Of a stretch of 64,000 nucleotides of DNA, positions 19,845-28,351 are shown piece by piece; the stretch's first letter is position 1, and every line of letters begins with the position of its first letter. The position numbers and the translations under genes are program-made. The notes below the pieces were generated by a model, which had not been told where the DNA came from, did no database searches, and saw only the letters and a list, made by a program, of their open reading frames with translations. The DNA is from an uncultured bacterium (GTDB taxonomy: Bacteria; JACRDZ01), in assembly GCA_964457585.1 (NCBI GenBank), contig CAYWFU010000007.1, forward strand, positions 5,275 through 69,274, read 5' to 3'.

Positions 19845-20652
19845 TATATTTGATTTGACTGGAAGAGTAGCTATTATTACAGGCGGCGCAGGTTTGCTTG
19901 GTATAAAACATGCTGAAGCTATATCAGAATTAGGCGGGATTCCGGTTCTACTTGATATATCAAAAGAGGCAATAGATGCAGCAGTTGTTAAAATAAATAA
20001 GCCTTGTGCGGGACTTATAGCTGATATTACCGATGAAAAAGCATTAACTGACACGCTAGAACGTGTAGTACATGATTATAATCGGATTGATATTTTAATC
20101 AATAATGCGGCAGATAATCCAAAAGTCGAGAGTAAAGAATTTGCGAGCAAACAATGGTGCAGGCTGGAAAATTTTCCTCTTAACGCATGGGAAAAAAGTA
20201 TTTCTGTAGGATTAACAGGAGCATTCCTTTGTTCAAAAGTTTTTGGTACTGAAATGGCAAAACGTGGTAAAGGAGTTATTCTCAATATTGCTTCAGACCT
20301 TGCTGTTATTGCTCCCGATCAACGAATTTACCGCACACCAGGATTATCTATAGAAAACCAACCTGTTAAGCCTGTTACTTATTCAGTGGTAAAAGCTGGA
20401 TTGATAGGACTAACACGTTATATTGCCACTTATTGGAATGAATTTGGTGTGCGCTCAAATGCACTTGTGCCGGGTGGCGTATACAATGAACAGCCGGATG
20501 ATTTTGTTCAGCGTTTGACCAATCTTATTCCTATGGGACGAATGGCAAATGCTGATGAATATAAAGCCGCAGTGGCATTTTTAGTTTCCGATGCCTCATC
20601 TTATATGACAGGCGCCTCTCTGGTAATCGATGGTGGAAGAACCGCATGGTGA
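19825..20652 (+). CDS. short-chain dehydrogenase/reductase (classical SDR)
   Basis: TGGAGLLG dinucleotide motif, NNAA, catalytic YSVVK (YxxxK). Confidence 0.85.
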   Translation: MKKTVIDIFDLTGRVAIITGGAGLLGIKHAEAISELGGIPVLLDISKEAIDAAVVKINKPCAGLIADITDEKALTDTLERVVHDYNRIDILINNAADNPKVESKEFASKQWCRLENFPLNAWEKSISVGLTGAFLCSKVFGTEMAKRGKGVILNIASDLAVIAPDQRIYRTPGLSIENQPVKPVTYSVVKAGLIGLTRYIATYWNEFGVRSNALVPGGVYNEQPDDFVQRLTNLIPMGRMANADEYKAAVAFLVSDASSYMTGASLVIDGGRTAW

Positions 20653-21899
20653 GTCCTTCAGATAATTTAGTGCAAAATAACAATCAAAAATGGTATTTAT
20701 CATATAGCATAAATTTATCAGAAAAAAGTATTTATACATTTTTATTTGTTTTATCATTGATTTACTCAACACTATTAATCAGAATAATGAATCCCTTAGT
20801 CAATAATGAGCATCTTACGTATTCCTTATTGGTGATAGAGGAATATGTTTTATTGTTCATTTTATTAGTTTGTTATTTTTTACGGAATTCGATAAAAATA
20901 CCTGATATTACAATGACAGTGCTGGTGATAGCATATATGTATTTTTCAGCATGGATAAAACATGATGCGGATATTTATTATTTAAAATTATCAATATTTT
21001 TTTTTCTTCACTATTTAGTTTATATTAATATTTTTGAACGATTGGATAAACGTATAGTTTTTTATATTCTTATGCTGTATGGATTTCTTATTTCAATATT
21101 CTATATTAATTTAATGTATTCAAATGTTAATATTATTGCATCGACAGAAGTTGCAGGACATCTCGGCAAAAGAGGTTCCTCTGAAGAATTTGGTATGCTT
21201 ACTAATGTAAATAATATTTCAATGATATTAGTTGGAATTTCAACACTTTTAGTAGTTATAAAACATAATTTTGAGATTAGTAAAAAAATGATATTATTAT
21301 CATTAATTCTACATTTAACAGTATTATTAGTTTTAATAATCAATGCAACCGTTTCAGCTATTTTATTTTTCATTTCTTTATTAATTTATGATCTTTATAA
21401 AATGTATGGTTTTTCTAGTTTCGCAGTTTTATTATTAATTATAAGTGTAATAGGCTATTTTGGATTTAATATATCTAATTTATTAATATTTCAACGTGCG
21501 GAGTCCGGTGCTACATTTGATATTAGAATAATAAATATGATGCAATCACTTGATATATTTAAAAATAATCCATTTTTTGGCATTGGTCATTCACTCATTG
21601 CTGAAATAGAGACAGGATTGGTTTATTCTACTGATCATAATTTTTACACAAAACTTTTGGGTGCTGAAGGAATGATTGGTTTTTTATTATATGGTTGTTT
21701 TTTTTATAATTTTTTACGTTCACGTAGAGTATATTTCAAAGGTCTAAACCTGTTACGTTTCTATTTTTTATTTTTCTTGATTTTCACACCCGCCGGTTGT
21801 TCAGTTATGATGATTGTTGCAGCTTTAATTTATGAGATTAGCGGATATTATTCAATTTCAAATAATTCTCATATAAACGAAAATGGATATTTGATTTAA
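20646..21899 (+). CDS. polytopic membrane protein, Wzy polymerase / O-antigen-ligase-like
   Basis: About 10 hydrophobic helices with one larger loop; the only Wzy-like candidate in the locus. Real start probably an internal Met. Confidence 0.45.
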   Translation: MVSPSDNLVQNNNQKWYLSYSINLSEKSIYTFLFVLSLIYSTLLIRIMNPLVNNEHLTYSLLVIEEYVLLFILLVCYFLRNSIKIPDITMTVLVIAYMYFSAWIKHDADIYYLKLSIFFFLHYLVYINIFERLDKRIVFYILMLYGFLISIFYINLMYSNVNIIASTEVAGHLGKRGSSEEFGMLTNVNNISMILVGISTLLVVIKHNFEISKKMILLSLILHLTVLLVLIINATVSAILFFISLLIYDLYKMYGFSSFAVLLLIISVIGYFGFNISNLLIFQRAESGATFDIRIINMMQSLDIFKNNPFFGIGHSLIAEIETGLVYSTDHNFYTKLLGAEGMIGFLLYGCFFYNFLRSRRVYFKGLNLLRFYFLFFLIFTPAGCSVMMIVAALIYEISGYYSISNNSHINENGYLI

Positions 21900-21901
21900 A
21901 C

Positions 21902-22573
21902 ATGAATATTTTAAAAGATAAATTAAAGAAATTGCGAAGAAAAATTTATTGTTTCCGTTTTCCATATTTTAAAGCTTATGCTAATTTATTGATTAAATTT
22001 AATTTTTCAATAAAATTATTTTTAATTTGGTTGAAAAATGTATTATTTTTTGATCAGATGATAAGATTTCAATGTAATAAAGTTGGTAAAAATATATTTA
22101 TTTGGAAGGAATATCCATCAATTTTAAATAAAGGATATATTGAAATGGGAGATAATATAAATATATTTGGGGAAAATTATTTTAGAGTCGGGATTATCCT
22201 TTCTGATATTAATAAACCAAGATTGATCATAGGTAATAATGTTGATATTGGGTATCAATGTGATATTAATGTTGCGGGTATCGTTAGTATTGGTAATAAT
22301 GTTTTTCTAGCAAATGGTGTGAAAATATTTGATAATAATTCACATCCATTAGATATAAAAGAAAGACAGCATAAATCTCCTTTAGCAAATGAACATATAT
22401 CTCCTGTTGTTATAAAAGATGATGCATGGATTGGAATAAATGCAATAATTTTAAAAGGGGTTACTATAGGTAGAGGTGCAATAATAGGAGCAGGATCTGT
22501 TGTAACTAAGGACATTCCAGATAATGTAATTGCAGTGGGTAATCCAGCCAGAGTTATTAAGGATATTAAATAA
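21902..22573 (+). CDS. hexapeptide-repeat (LbH) sugar O-acetyltransferase
   Basis: Tandem [LIV]G..xx[IV] hexapeptides: IGNNVDIGYQCDINVAGIVSIGNNVFLANGVKI ... IGINAIILKGVTIGRGAIIGAGSVV. Confidence 0.8.
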   Translation: MNILKDKLKKLRRKIYCFRFPYFKAYANLLIKFNFSIKLFLIWLKNVLFFDQMIRFQCNKVGKNIFIWKEYPSILNKGYIEMGDNINIFGENYFRVGIILSDINKPRLIIGNNVDIGYQCDINVAGIVSIGNNVFLANGVKIFDNNSHPLDIKERQHKSPLANEHISPVVIKDDAWIGINAIILKGVTIGRGAIIGAGSVVTKDIPDNVIAVGNPARVIKDIK

Positions 22574-22737
22574 AAAAGCAATATTTTATAAATATAAAAA
22601 ATATTTATATTTTTGATTAAGGAATATCAATAATGAGTTCGGAGAAAATTTGTCAGGTTTGTGGAACATATGATTTAAAGGAGAGATTCAATTAGATGTG
22701 TGCTTAGGAAAAACTCAAACATATAGAAGGGGAAAAA

Positions 22738-23679
22738 ATGGAAACAAAAAATGATAATACAAAAAAGATGACGGTTAGCGAAACTTATAGTAAGTATGTT
22801 TTTTCAGAATGGCCTGATGTTTTGGGAGACCTGTACGCGAAATATAAAGACCGTAACCATGTCGTTACTTATAAAGGAAATATTAATAATGTATTTCGAG
22901 CTGTATTTGTGTTCGATTATTTAAAAAAATTTTTTCCTAATGGTTGCAAAGTTATCGATATTGGTTGTGGTATAGGTTATATCTCTCATTACCTGTCTAA
23001 AAATGGTTATGATGTCCATGCCTTCGACGCTAGCGATACTGGAATCTTAAAAGCTAAAGAAGTAGCGAGTCAGATCGGTATTAATCCGGATATATTTGTG
23101 TGTCATGACCATACATACCTTGAAAAAGTTCCTAGTGAATCTGTAGATGTTGCACTAGCGATGGGGTTTCTTTATTATCTGGATGAAAAGACCAGAGATT
23201 ATTGTTATAAGCAAATTAACAGAATCTTAAAGAAAAAGGGGCGTTTTTTAATGACTGGTAATAATAAATTATTTGAAGCTTTTGCTCTAAATGATACTAC
23301 ACTTAAATTTTGGGCAGAGATGATAGATGATTTTTCTCCAGTATCGAAGTTGCTTACTCCAAAAACGACTCTTGATGCTTTATGTGAAAAAGTCAAAGTA
23401 CCAAAAAGAATATTTGAAGAAAAGAGTATCAGCAAAAAATTTAAGTTACTTGAAGATAATCCGCTGACTTTCCATAAAGATTTACGTGAGTATGATTTTG
23501 AAGTTGAAGAAATACTTTATCCCGATAGTCATTTATTAATTCCCGCCCTTGAAGCTGAAGTTGATCAAGATGCTTTGTTGAAATTAAAAGCTGAATATTG
23601 TGTTCAGAAAGCCAGAGACTGGCGAGGTATATTTATGTGTTATGAATTTCTTGCCTTTATGCATAAGGGCGCTGTTTAA
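22738..23679 (+). CDS. class I SAM-dependent methyltransferase (Methyltransf_11/23-like)
   Basis: Motif I VIDIGCGIGYIS, motif post-I DVHAFDAS. Confidence 0.7.
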   Translation: METKNDNTKKMTVSETYSKYVFSEWPDVLGDLYAKYKDRNHVVTYKGNINNVFRAVFVFDYLKKFFPNGCKVIDIGCGIGYISHYLSKNGYDVHAFDASDTGILKAKEVASQIGINPDIFVCHDHTYLEKVPSESVDVALAMGFLYYLDEKTRDYCYKQINRILKKKGRFLMTGNNKLFEAFALNDTTLKFWAEMIDDFSPVSKLLTPKTTLDALCEKVKVPKRIFEEKSISKKFKLLEDNPLTFHKDLREYDFEVEEILYPDSHLLIPALEAEVDQDALLKLKAEYCVQKARDWRGIFMCYEFLAFMHKGAV

Positions 23680-23763
23680 TTATAAGATGTTATTTAATGT
23701 TTAATTTTTGATTGAATAATTTATTTTTATAAATATAATATTATTTATGGATAAGGAGTTATT

Positions 23764-25146
23764 ATGGTAGTAGAAAAGTATCAATTTAGTCTTGAACCAA
23801 AAAAAGTTCCACTAGTGGAAACAAAAAATCGTCGAATTAAAACAGCAATCCCTGCTCCGGGAACAAAAGAGCTTATGGAGCGAATTGCAGCTGTTGAAAG
23901 TTCCAATGCAATGGATCAGCTTCCTGTAATATGGGATAGAGCTTTAGGCCATCAGATTTTCGATCCATGGGGAAATTGTTGGATAGATTTTACATCAACT
24001 ATATTTGTGACAAATGTCGGGCATGCGCATCCATACATGAAAGAATCGATAAAAAAACAAATGGATAATCTGATGCATTCATATAGTTATCCAACTGAAA
24101 TTCGTGCTCGTTATGTTGAAAAATTAATTGCATTTACCCCTAGCAATCTTAAGAAAGCTTCTCTTTTTTCAACAGGGACAGAAGCGGTTGAAAGAGCAGT
24201 TAAGATTGCGCGGCTTTATGGCTTAAAATCTAATCCTGCACGAAAACTTATTGTTGGATGGGATGGAAATTTTCATGGTAAAACCATGGGATCTCAAATG
24301 GTTGGCGGACAGCATGCTGATAAATATTGGATAGGTTATCTTGATCCAAATATGACACATCTTCCATTTCCATTTCCATGGGTTATGGAAAAATCAGGAT
24401 TAACAGGTGAGGAGAAGTTCAAACAGGATATTAATTCATTAAAAGAAAAAGGTATTAATTTAAAAGATATAACTGCTTTTATTGTTGAAACATTTCAAGG
24501 TTGGGGTGCAGTTTTTTATCCTAAAGATTATATCCAAGCAATGAGATGCTGGGCAGATGAAAATGATGTATTATTAATATTTGATGAGATTCAAGCTGGC
24601 TTTGGTCGTACAGGACGCTTGTTTGCTTATGAACATTATGATGTGAATGCAGATGTTGTAATTTGTGGTAAAGGAATTTCAGGAAGTATTCCTCTTTCTG
24701 CTGTAATTGGCAGAGCTGATGTAATTGATCTTGATCCTGCGTATACAAGTACTCATGGCGGGCATCCTCTTGCATGTACAGCCGGACTTGCTAATATAGA
24801 AATTTTTGAAAAAGAAAATCTTATAAGTGAGTCAAAGCGAAAAGAAGGAATATTTCTTTTTGAATTAAATCGATGGAAAGAACATTTCCCAAAAAGAATA
24901 GGCAGAATTTTAGGTAAAGGAATGATTTGGGGCGTTTACATTACAACTCCTGGAGGAAAAGACGAACTCGATACTGTTTTTTGTGATAAAATTATTGAGC
25001 GCGCTTTGCAGAAAGGCGTGTTCAACATCAGAACAGGCAAGGGAACCATCAAAATAGGTCCGCCTTTAAACATTCCGGATGATGCATTGATTGAAGGTTT
25101 ACGAGTGATAGAAGAGAGTATATCCGAACTTATAAAAAATAACTAA
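23764..25146 (+). CDS. class-III PLP aminotransferase (second paralogue)
   Basis: IFDEIQAGFGRTGRLFA, CGKGISG (catalytic Lys), THGGHP; AT-III family. Confidence 0.8.
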   Translation: MVVEKYQFSLEPKKVPLVETKNRRIKTAIPAPGTKELMERIAAVESSNAMDQLPVIWDRALGHQIFDPWGNCWIDFTSTIFVTNVGHAHPYMKESIKKQMDNLMHSYSYPTEIRARYVEKLIAFTPSNLKKASLFSTGTEAVERAVKIARLYGLKSNPARKLIVGWDGNFHGKTMGSQMVGGQHADKYWIGYLDPNMTHLPFPFPWVMEKSGLTGEEKFKQDINSLKEKGINLKDITAFIVETFQGWGAVFYPKDYIQAMRCWADENDVLLIFDEIQAGFGRTGRLFAYEHYDVNADVVICGKGISGSIPLSAVIGRADVIDLDPAYTSTHGGHPLACTAGLANIEIFEKENLISESKRKEGIFLFELNRWKEHFPKRIGRILGKGMIWGVYITTPGGKDELDTVFCDKIIERALQKGVFNIRTGKGTIKIGPPLNIPDDALIEGLRVIEESISELIKNN

Positions 25147-25206
25147 TTTTGTATACTATTTTCAGCAAAATACTTACGAAATTATTATAATTATATTTTA
25201 TATTTA

Positions 25207-25568
25207 GTACTACAGCGCTATAGTGAGATAGTGCGACAGAGCGACCAATGGCATTGACACTAAATCTATTATTAAATTGAGCATTGAGCATTGACAATTG
25301 AGCATTGAGCATTAAATCATCCTTTTGCCTATTGTTTTTATGCTGTTATTAATAATTTTACATAATTTATTACATTCTTTCATAGTATAATCTATGGAAT
25401 TATTTTAGCCCTTAATGCTCAATTGTCAATGCTCAATGCTCAATCGTCAATTTAGTGTCAATGCCATTGACAGAGCGACAGCCTGCAGTATGAGATGACT
25501 AGAACTGACAATAGACACAGGCTAACTTGCATAAAACTGTCGTACTATCGCACTGTAGCGCTGTAGTA
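25207..25568. repeat. MITE-like non-coding element with 18-bp terminal inverted repeats and long internal inverted repeat of (TTGAGCA)n / ATTGACA units
   Basis: Terminal inverted repeat tactacagcgctatagtg (25209-25226) vs cactgtagcgctgtagta (25551-25568), 1 mismatch. Inner arms ~25228-25314 vs ~25411-25481 are largely reverse-complementary. TTAG directly flanks both ends. No ORF. Confidence 0.55.
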
Positions 25569-25606
25569 TTAGTATTCACATATTAATAATTAAGGAGAAT
25601 ATAGTA

Positions 25607-26995
25607 ATGAGAATTCTTTTAATAGCTTATGATAATGATTCACATATTTCGGTTTTTCCTCTCGGTTTGGCATATATAGCAGCTGTTTGTAGAAATGCAG
25701 GTCATGATGTGGTGATTTACAATCAAGATATTCATCACTGGTCTGAATCACATTTATTGGAGTTTTTGAATAAAAATAAGTTCAATGTAGTTGGGTTGGG
25801 TGTTGTAGGTGGTTATTATCAATATAGAAAATTGCTAAAAATATCAGGAGCAATTAATAAAGCAAAGAATAAACCTTTTTACATTATTGGTGGACATTGT
25901 CCCTCTCCCGATCCGGAATACTTTTTGAAAAAGACACAAGCAGATGTTGTAGTAATTGGAGAAGGTGAAAATACGATACTGGACTTGTTAAAAGTGTTAG
26001 AAGAGAAAAAAGATATATCATCTGTTGATGGAATTGCGTTTATGAAGGATGGAAGATGTTTTCAAACACCTAGACGTGCACTAATACAAGATATAGATAA
26101 TATTCCCCACCCTGCATGGGATTTATTTCCAATGGAGCACTATGTTTTATTGCGAGAAGCAAATGCCAAAAAAACCGAACGTAGTATGCATGTCTTATCA
26201 GGCAGAGGATGTATTTTTAAATGCAATTTTTGTTATAGAATGGATGAAGGTTACAGAGCAAGGTCTTCCGACGCTATAATAGAAGAAATAAGGAAATTAC
26301 AAAAAGAATATTCTATTTCATATATCGACTTCCTAGATGAACTTTTTATGGTTTCAGAAAAAAGGACAATCGAATTATGTGAGAGCTTTATTAAATCAAA
26401 GATTAAATTTAATTGGTTTTGTAGTGGGAGATTAAATTTTGCCAAGACAGATGTTCTTAAACTTATGAAAGATGCAGGATGTGTGTTTATTAATTATGGA
26501 ATTGAGTCATTAGATGAAAATGCTCTACGTGTTATGAATAAAGCTCTTACTGTTAAACAAATTATTACGGGTATTGAAAATACATTATCAGTTGGAATAA
26601 GCCCGGGTTTAAATATTATATGGGGAAATATTGGAGAAACAATTGAATCATTAAAGATGGGAGTTGATTTTTTATTAAAATATGATGACCATGCACAAAT
26701 GAGAACAATCAGGCCTGTAACACCATATCCAGGATCTCCGCTTTATTATTATGCTATTGAAAAGGGTCTATTGAAAGACTGTAAAGATTTTTATGAAAAT
26801 AAGCATATTAATTCTGATTTATTAGCAGTTAATTTTACCAATTTGACTGATGACGAATTCCATAAGGCATTATTTGAAGCAAATAAAATACTTATAAATA
26901 AGTACTATGATTCTCAAAACAAAAAAGTAATCGAAAATGCATGTAAGCTATATTTTGATAAGGATGTCTCATTCAGAGGGTTTAGACAGACTTGA
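25607..26995 (+). CDS. B12-binding-domain radical SAM enzyme (class B), paralogue 1
   Basis: N-terminal cobalamin-binding Rossmann-like domain (ILLIAY...GLGVVGG...IIGGHCPS), then SGRGCIFKCNFCYR CxxxCxxC. Confidence 0.8.
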   Translation: MRILLIAYDNDSHISVFPLGLAYIAAVCRNAGHDVVIYNQDIHHWSESHLLEFLNKNKFNVVGLGVVGGYYQYRKLLKISGAINKAKNKPFYIIGGHCPSPDPEYFLKKTQADVVVIGEGENTILDLLKVLEEKKDISSVDGIAFMKDGRCFQTPRRALIQDIDNIPHPAWDLFPMEHYVLLREANAKKTERSMHVLSGRGCIFKCNFCYRMDEGYRARSSDAIIEEIRKLQKEYSISYIDFLDELFMVSEKRTIELCESFIKSKIKFNWFCSGRLNFAKTDVLKLMKDAGCVFINYGIESLDENALRVMNKALTVKQIITGIENTLSVGISPGLNIIWGNIGETIESLKMGVDFLLKYDDHAQMRTIRPVTPYPGSPLYYYAIEKGLLKDCKDFYENKHINSDLLAVNFTNLTDDEFHKALFEANKILINKYYDSQNKKVIENACKLYFDKDVSFRGFRQT

Positions 26996-27027
26996 ATTTA
27001 GGTATAGGAATTTGAAACGCTCGATAA

Positions 27028-27055
27028 GTAGAGACGCAAAATTTTGCGTCTCTAC
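27028..27055. terminator. perfect 10-bp-stem hairpin gtagagacgc-aaaatttt-gcgtctctac, 33 bp after the stop at 26995
   Basis: Read directly from the sequence. The identical 28-mer recurs at 53954-53981, where it is followed by a T-run. Confidence 0.5.
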
Positions 27056-27129
27056 ATGAAATTTTTGTAGTTGCCTGATTTATCAGGCTTAATTTAATAT
27101 TCGAATATTTGTGAGAGGTAAATAGTAAG

Positions 27130-28341
27130 ATGGAAAAAAATATTATATTTTTTGTTATCCAATCACTTAATGATGATTATGCAAGGAAGTTTGGTTTTGA
27201 TTTACTCAAAAAAAGAGGATTTGATATATATATTTTTAATCTCTTTAATTGGATTTTCAAAAATGCCCAGGAGAAATTTCCACAACACAATAAGCTGGAA
27301 CCAATTAACGACATCAAACAGGTAAAAATTTGTAATCAAGAAGAACTATATAATGCTTTGCGTAATATAAAAGGATGGAAAGTGGTATTTTTATCTACCC
27401 CAGTGACGCCAGTCCTACTTAAAACCTTACAAAAATTGGATATTCCTTATATAATATATCCTTCTTGGGGATGTGTGCATGGAGTCCAACAAAAGAGATT
27501 TTTATTGTTGAGGGTATATAATGCTATTTCAGAGTTGTTTACATCTCCTTTGAATAGAATGCTCGCATTTGTAATACATAAGAGAACAGAATATAGTATA
27601 AAAAAATATCCTCCTACCTATACTATTACAATGTTTAAGAAAGATAATACAATAGATTTAGAAAGAACGAAAGTTATTCTTAATCATGCCTTTGATTACG
27701 ATCGCTATCTTCAAAATAAAGATAAGCCAAGACCAAAATATATTTTTGCAGGAGATTATATTTTATTATTACCTAATCATACTTGGCCTATTCATGATTA
27801 TTTAGTAGTCAAAGGAATGATAGGTAAAAGTGCAGTAACCAAAGAAGAATATCAAATTTTGATTAATCATGCATTAGACAATATTGAGAAATTAACAGGG
27901 AAAAAAATAATTATTGCAGGATATCCTAATGCGACTAAAGATGAAGATATATATGAAGGAAGACATTTTGTTCTTGGTGGAGATACGGAACAATTGGTCA
28001 AATATTCTTCCGGCGTCATGGGGCACCATACAAGCGCGTTTAATTTTGCCATAATACATAATAAACCAATACGCTTGATTAATTTTAGAATATTAAAAAA
28101 TGATAAACATTTTGATAAATCGATGAAACTTTATGAGAATGTACTTAGAACTGAAAGCAAGTATGTTGATACTTTTGAAGATTGCCATAAGCTAGTGGAA
28201 GAGGGTATGTTTGTCTATAATCGGGAATTATATAGTGAATATATGAGAAAATATGTTATTTCAGAAGATGTTGCTGCACTTCCGTTAAAGCTATACTGGG
28301 ATAGAGTGGCTGATGCGCTTGATGCTGATATAGAGGCATAA
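27130..28341 (+). CDS. hypothetical protein (possible novel GT-B-like transferase)
   Basis: 403-aa ORF with good coding character and no motif I can assign; flanked by two B12-radical-SAM genes. Confidence 0.3.
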   Translation: MEKNIIFFVIQSLNDDYARKFGFDLLKKRGFDIYIFNLFNWIFKNAQEKFPQHNKLEPINDIKQVKICNQEELYNALRNIKGWKVVFLSTPVTPVLLKTLQKLDIPYIIYPSWGCVHGVQQKRFLLLRVYNAISELFTSPLNRMLAFVIHKRTEYSIKKYPPTYTITMFKKDNTIDLERTKVILNHAFDYDRYLQNKDKPRPKYIFAGDYILLLPNHTWPIHDYLVVKGMIGKSAVTKEEYQILINHALDNIEKLTGKKIIIAGYPNATKDEDIYEGRHFVLGGDTEQLVKYSSGVMGHHTSAFNFAIIHNKPIRLINFRILKNDKHFDKSMKLYENVLRTESKYVDTFEDCHKLVEEGMFVYNRELYSEYMRKYVISEDVAALPLKLYWDRVADALDADIEA

Positions 28342-28351
28342 GGAGACAAGT

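Noticed and set aside
22574-22640. ataaatat-aaaaa-atatttat hairpin after the acetyltransferase gene as a terminator
   Set aside because: The stem is pure A/T (8 bp), so stability is low. The next gene follows closely with its own RBS, so read-through is more likely.
22633-22695. 20-codon ORF MSSEKICQVCGTYDLKERFN upstream of and in frame with the 22738 methyltransferase
   Set aside because: Considered as a missed N-terminal exon or frameshift, but two in-frame TAG stops separate it and only one CxxC pair is present. Kept only as a possible decayed Zn-ribbon remnant, not a feature.
25370-25391. TTACAT ... TATAAT hexamers in the core of the 25.2-kb element as a sigma70 promoter
   Set aside because: The spacer between the hexamers is ~10 bp, far from the 16-18 bp optimum. 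In DNA this AT-rich, such hexamers occur by chance.
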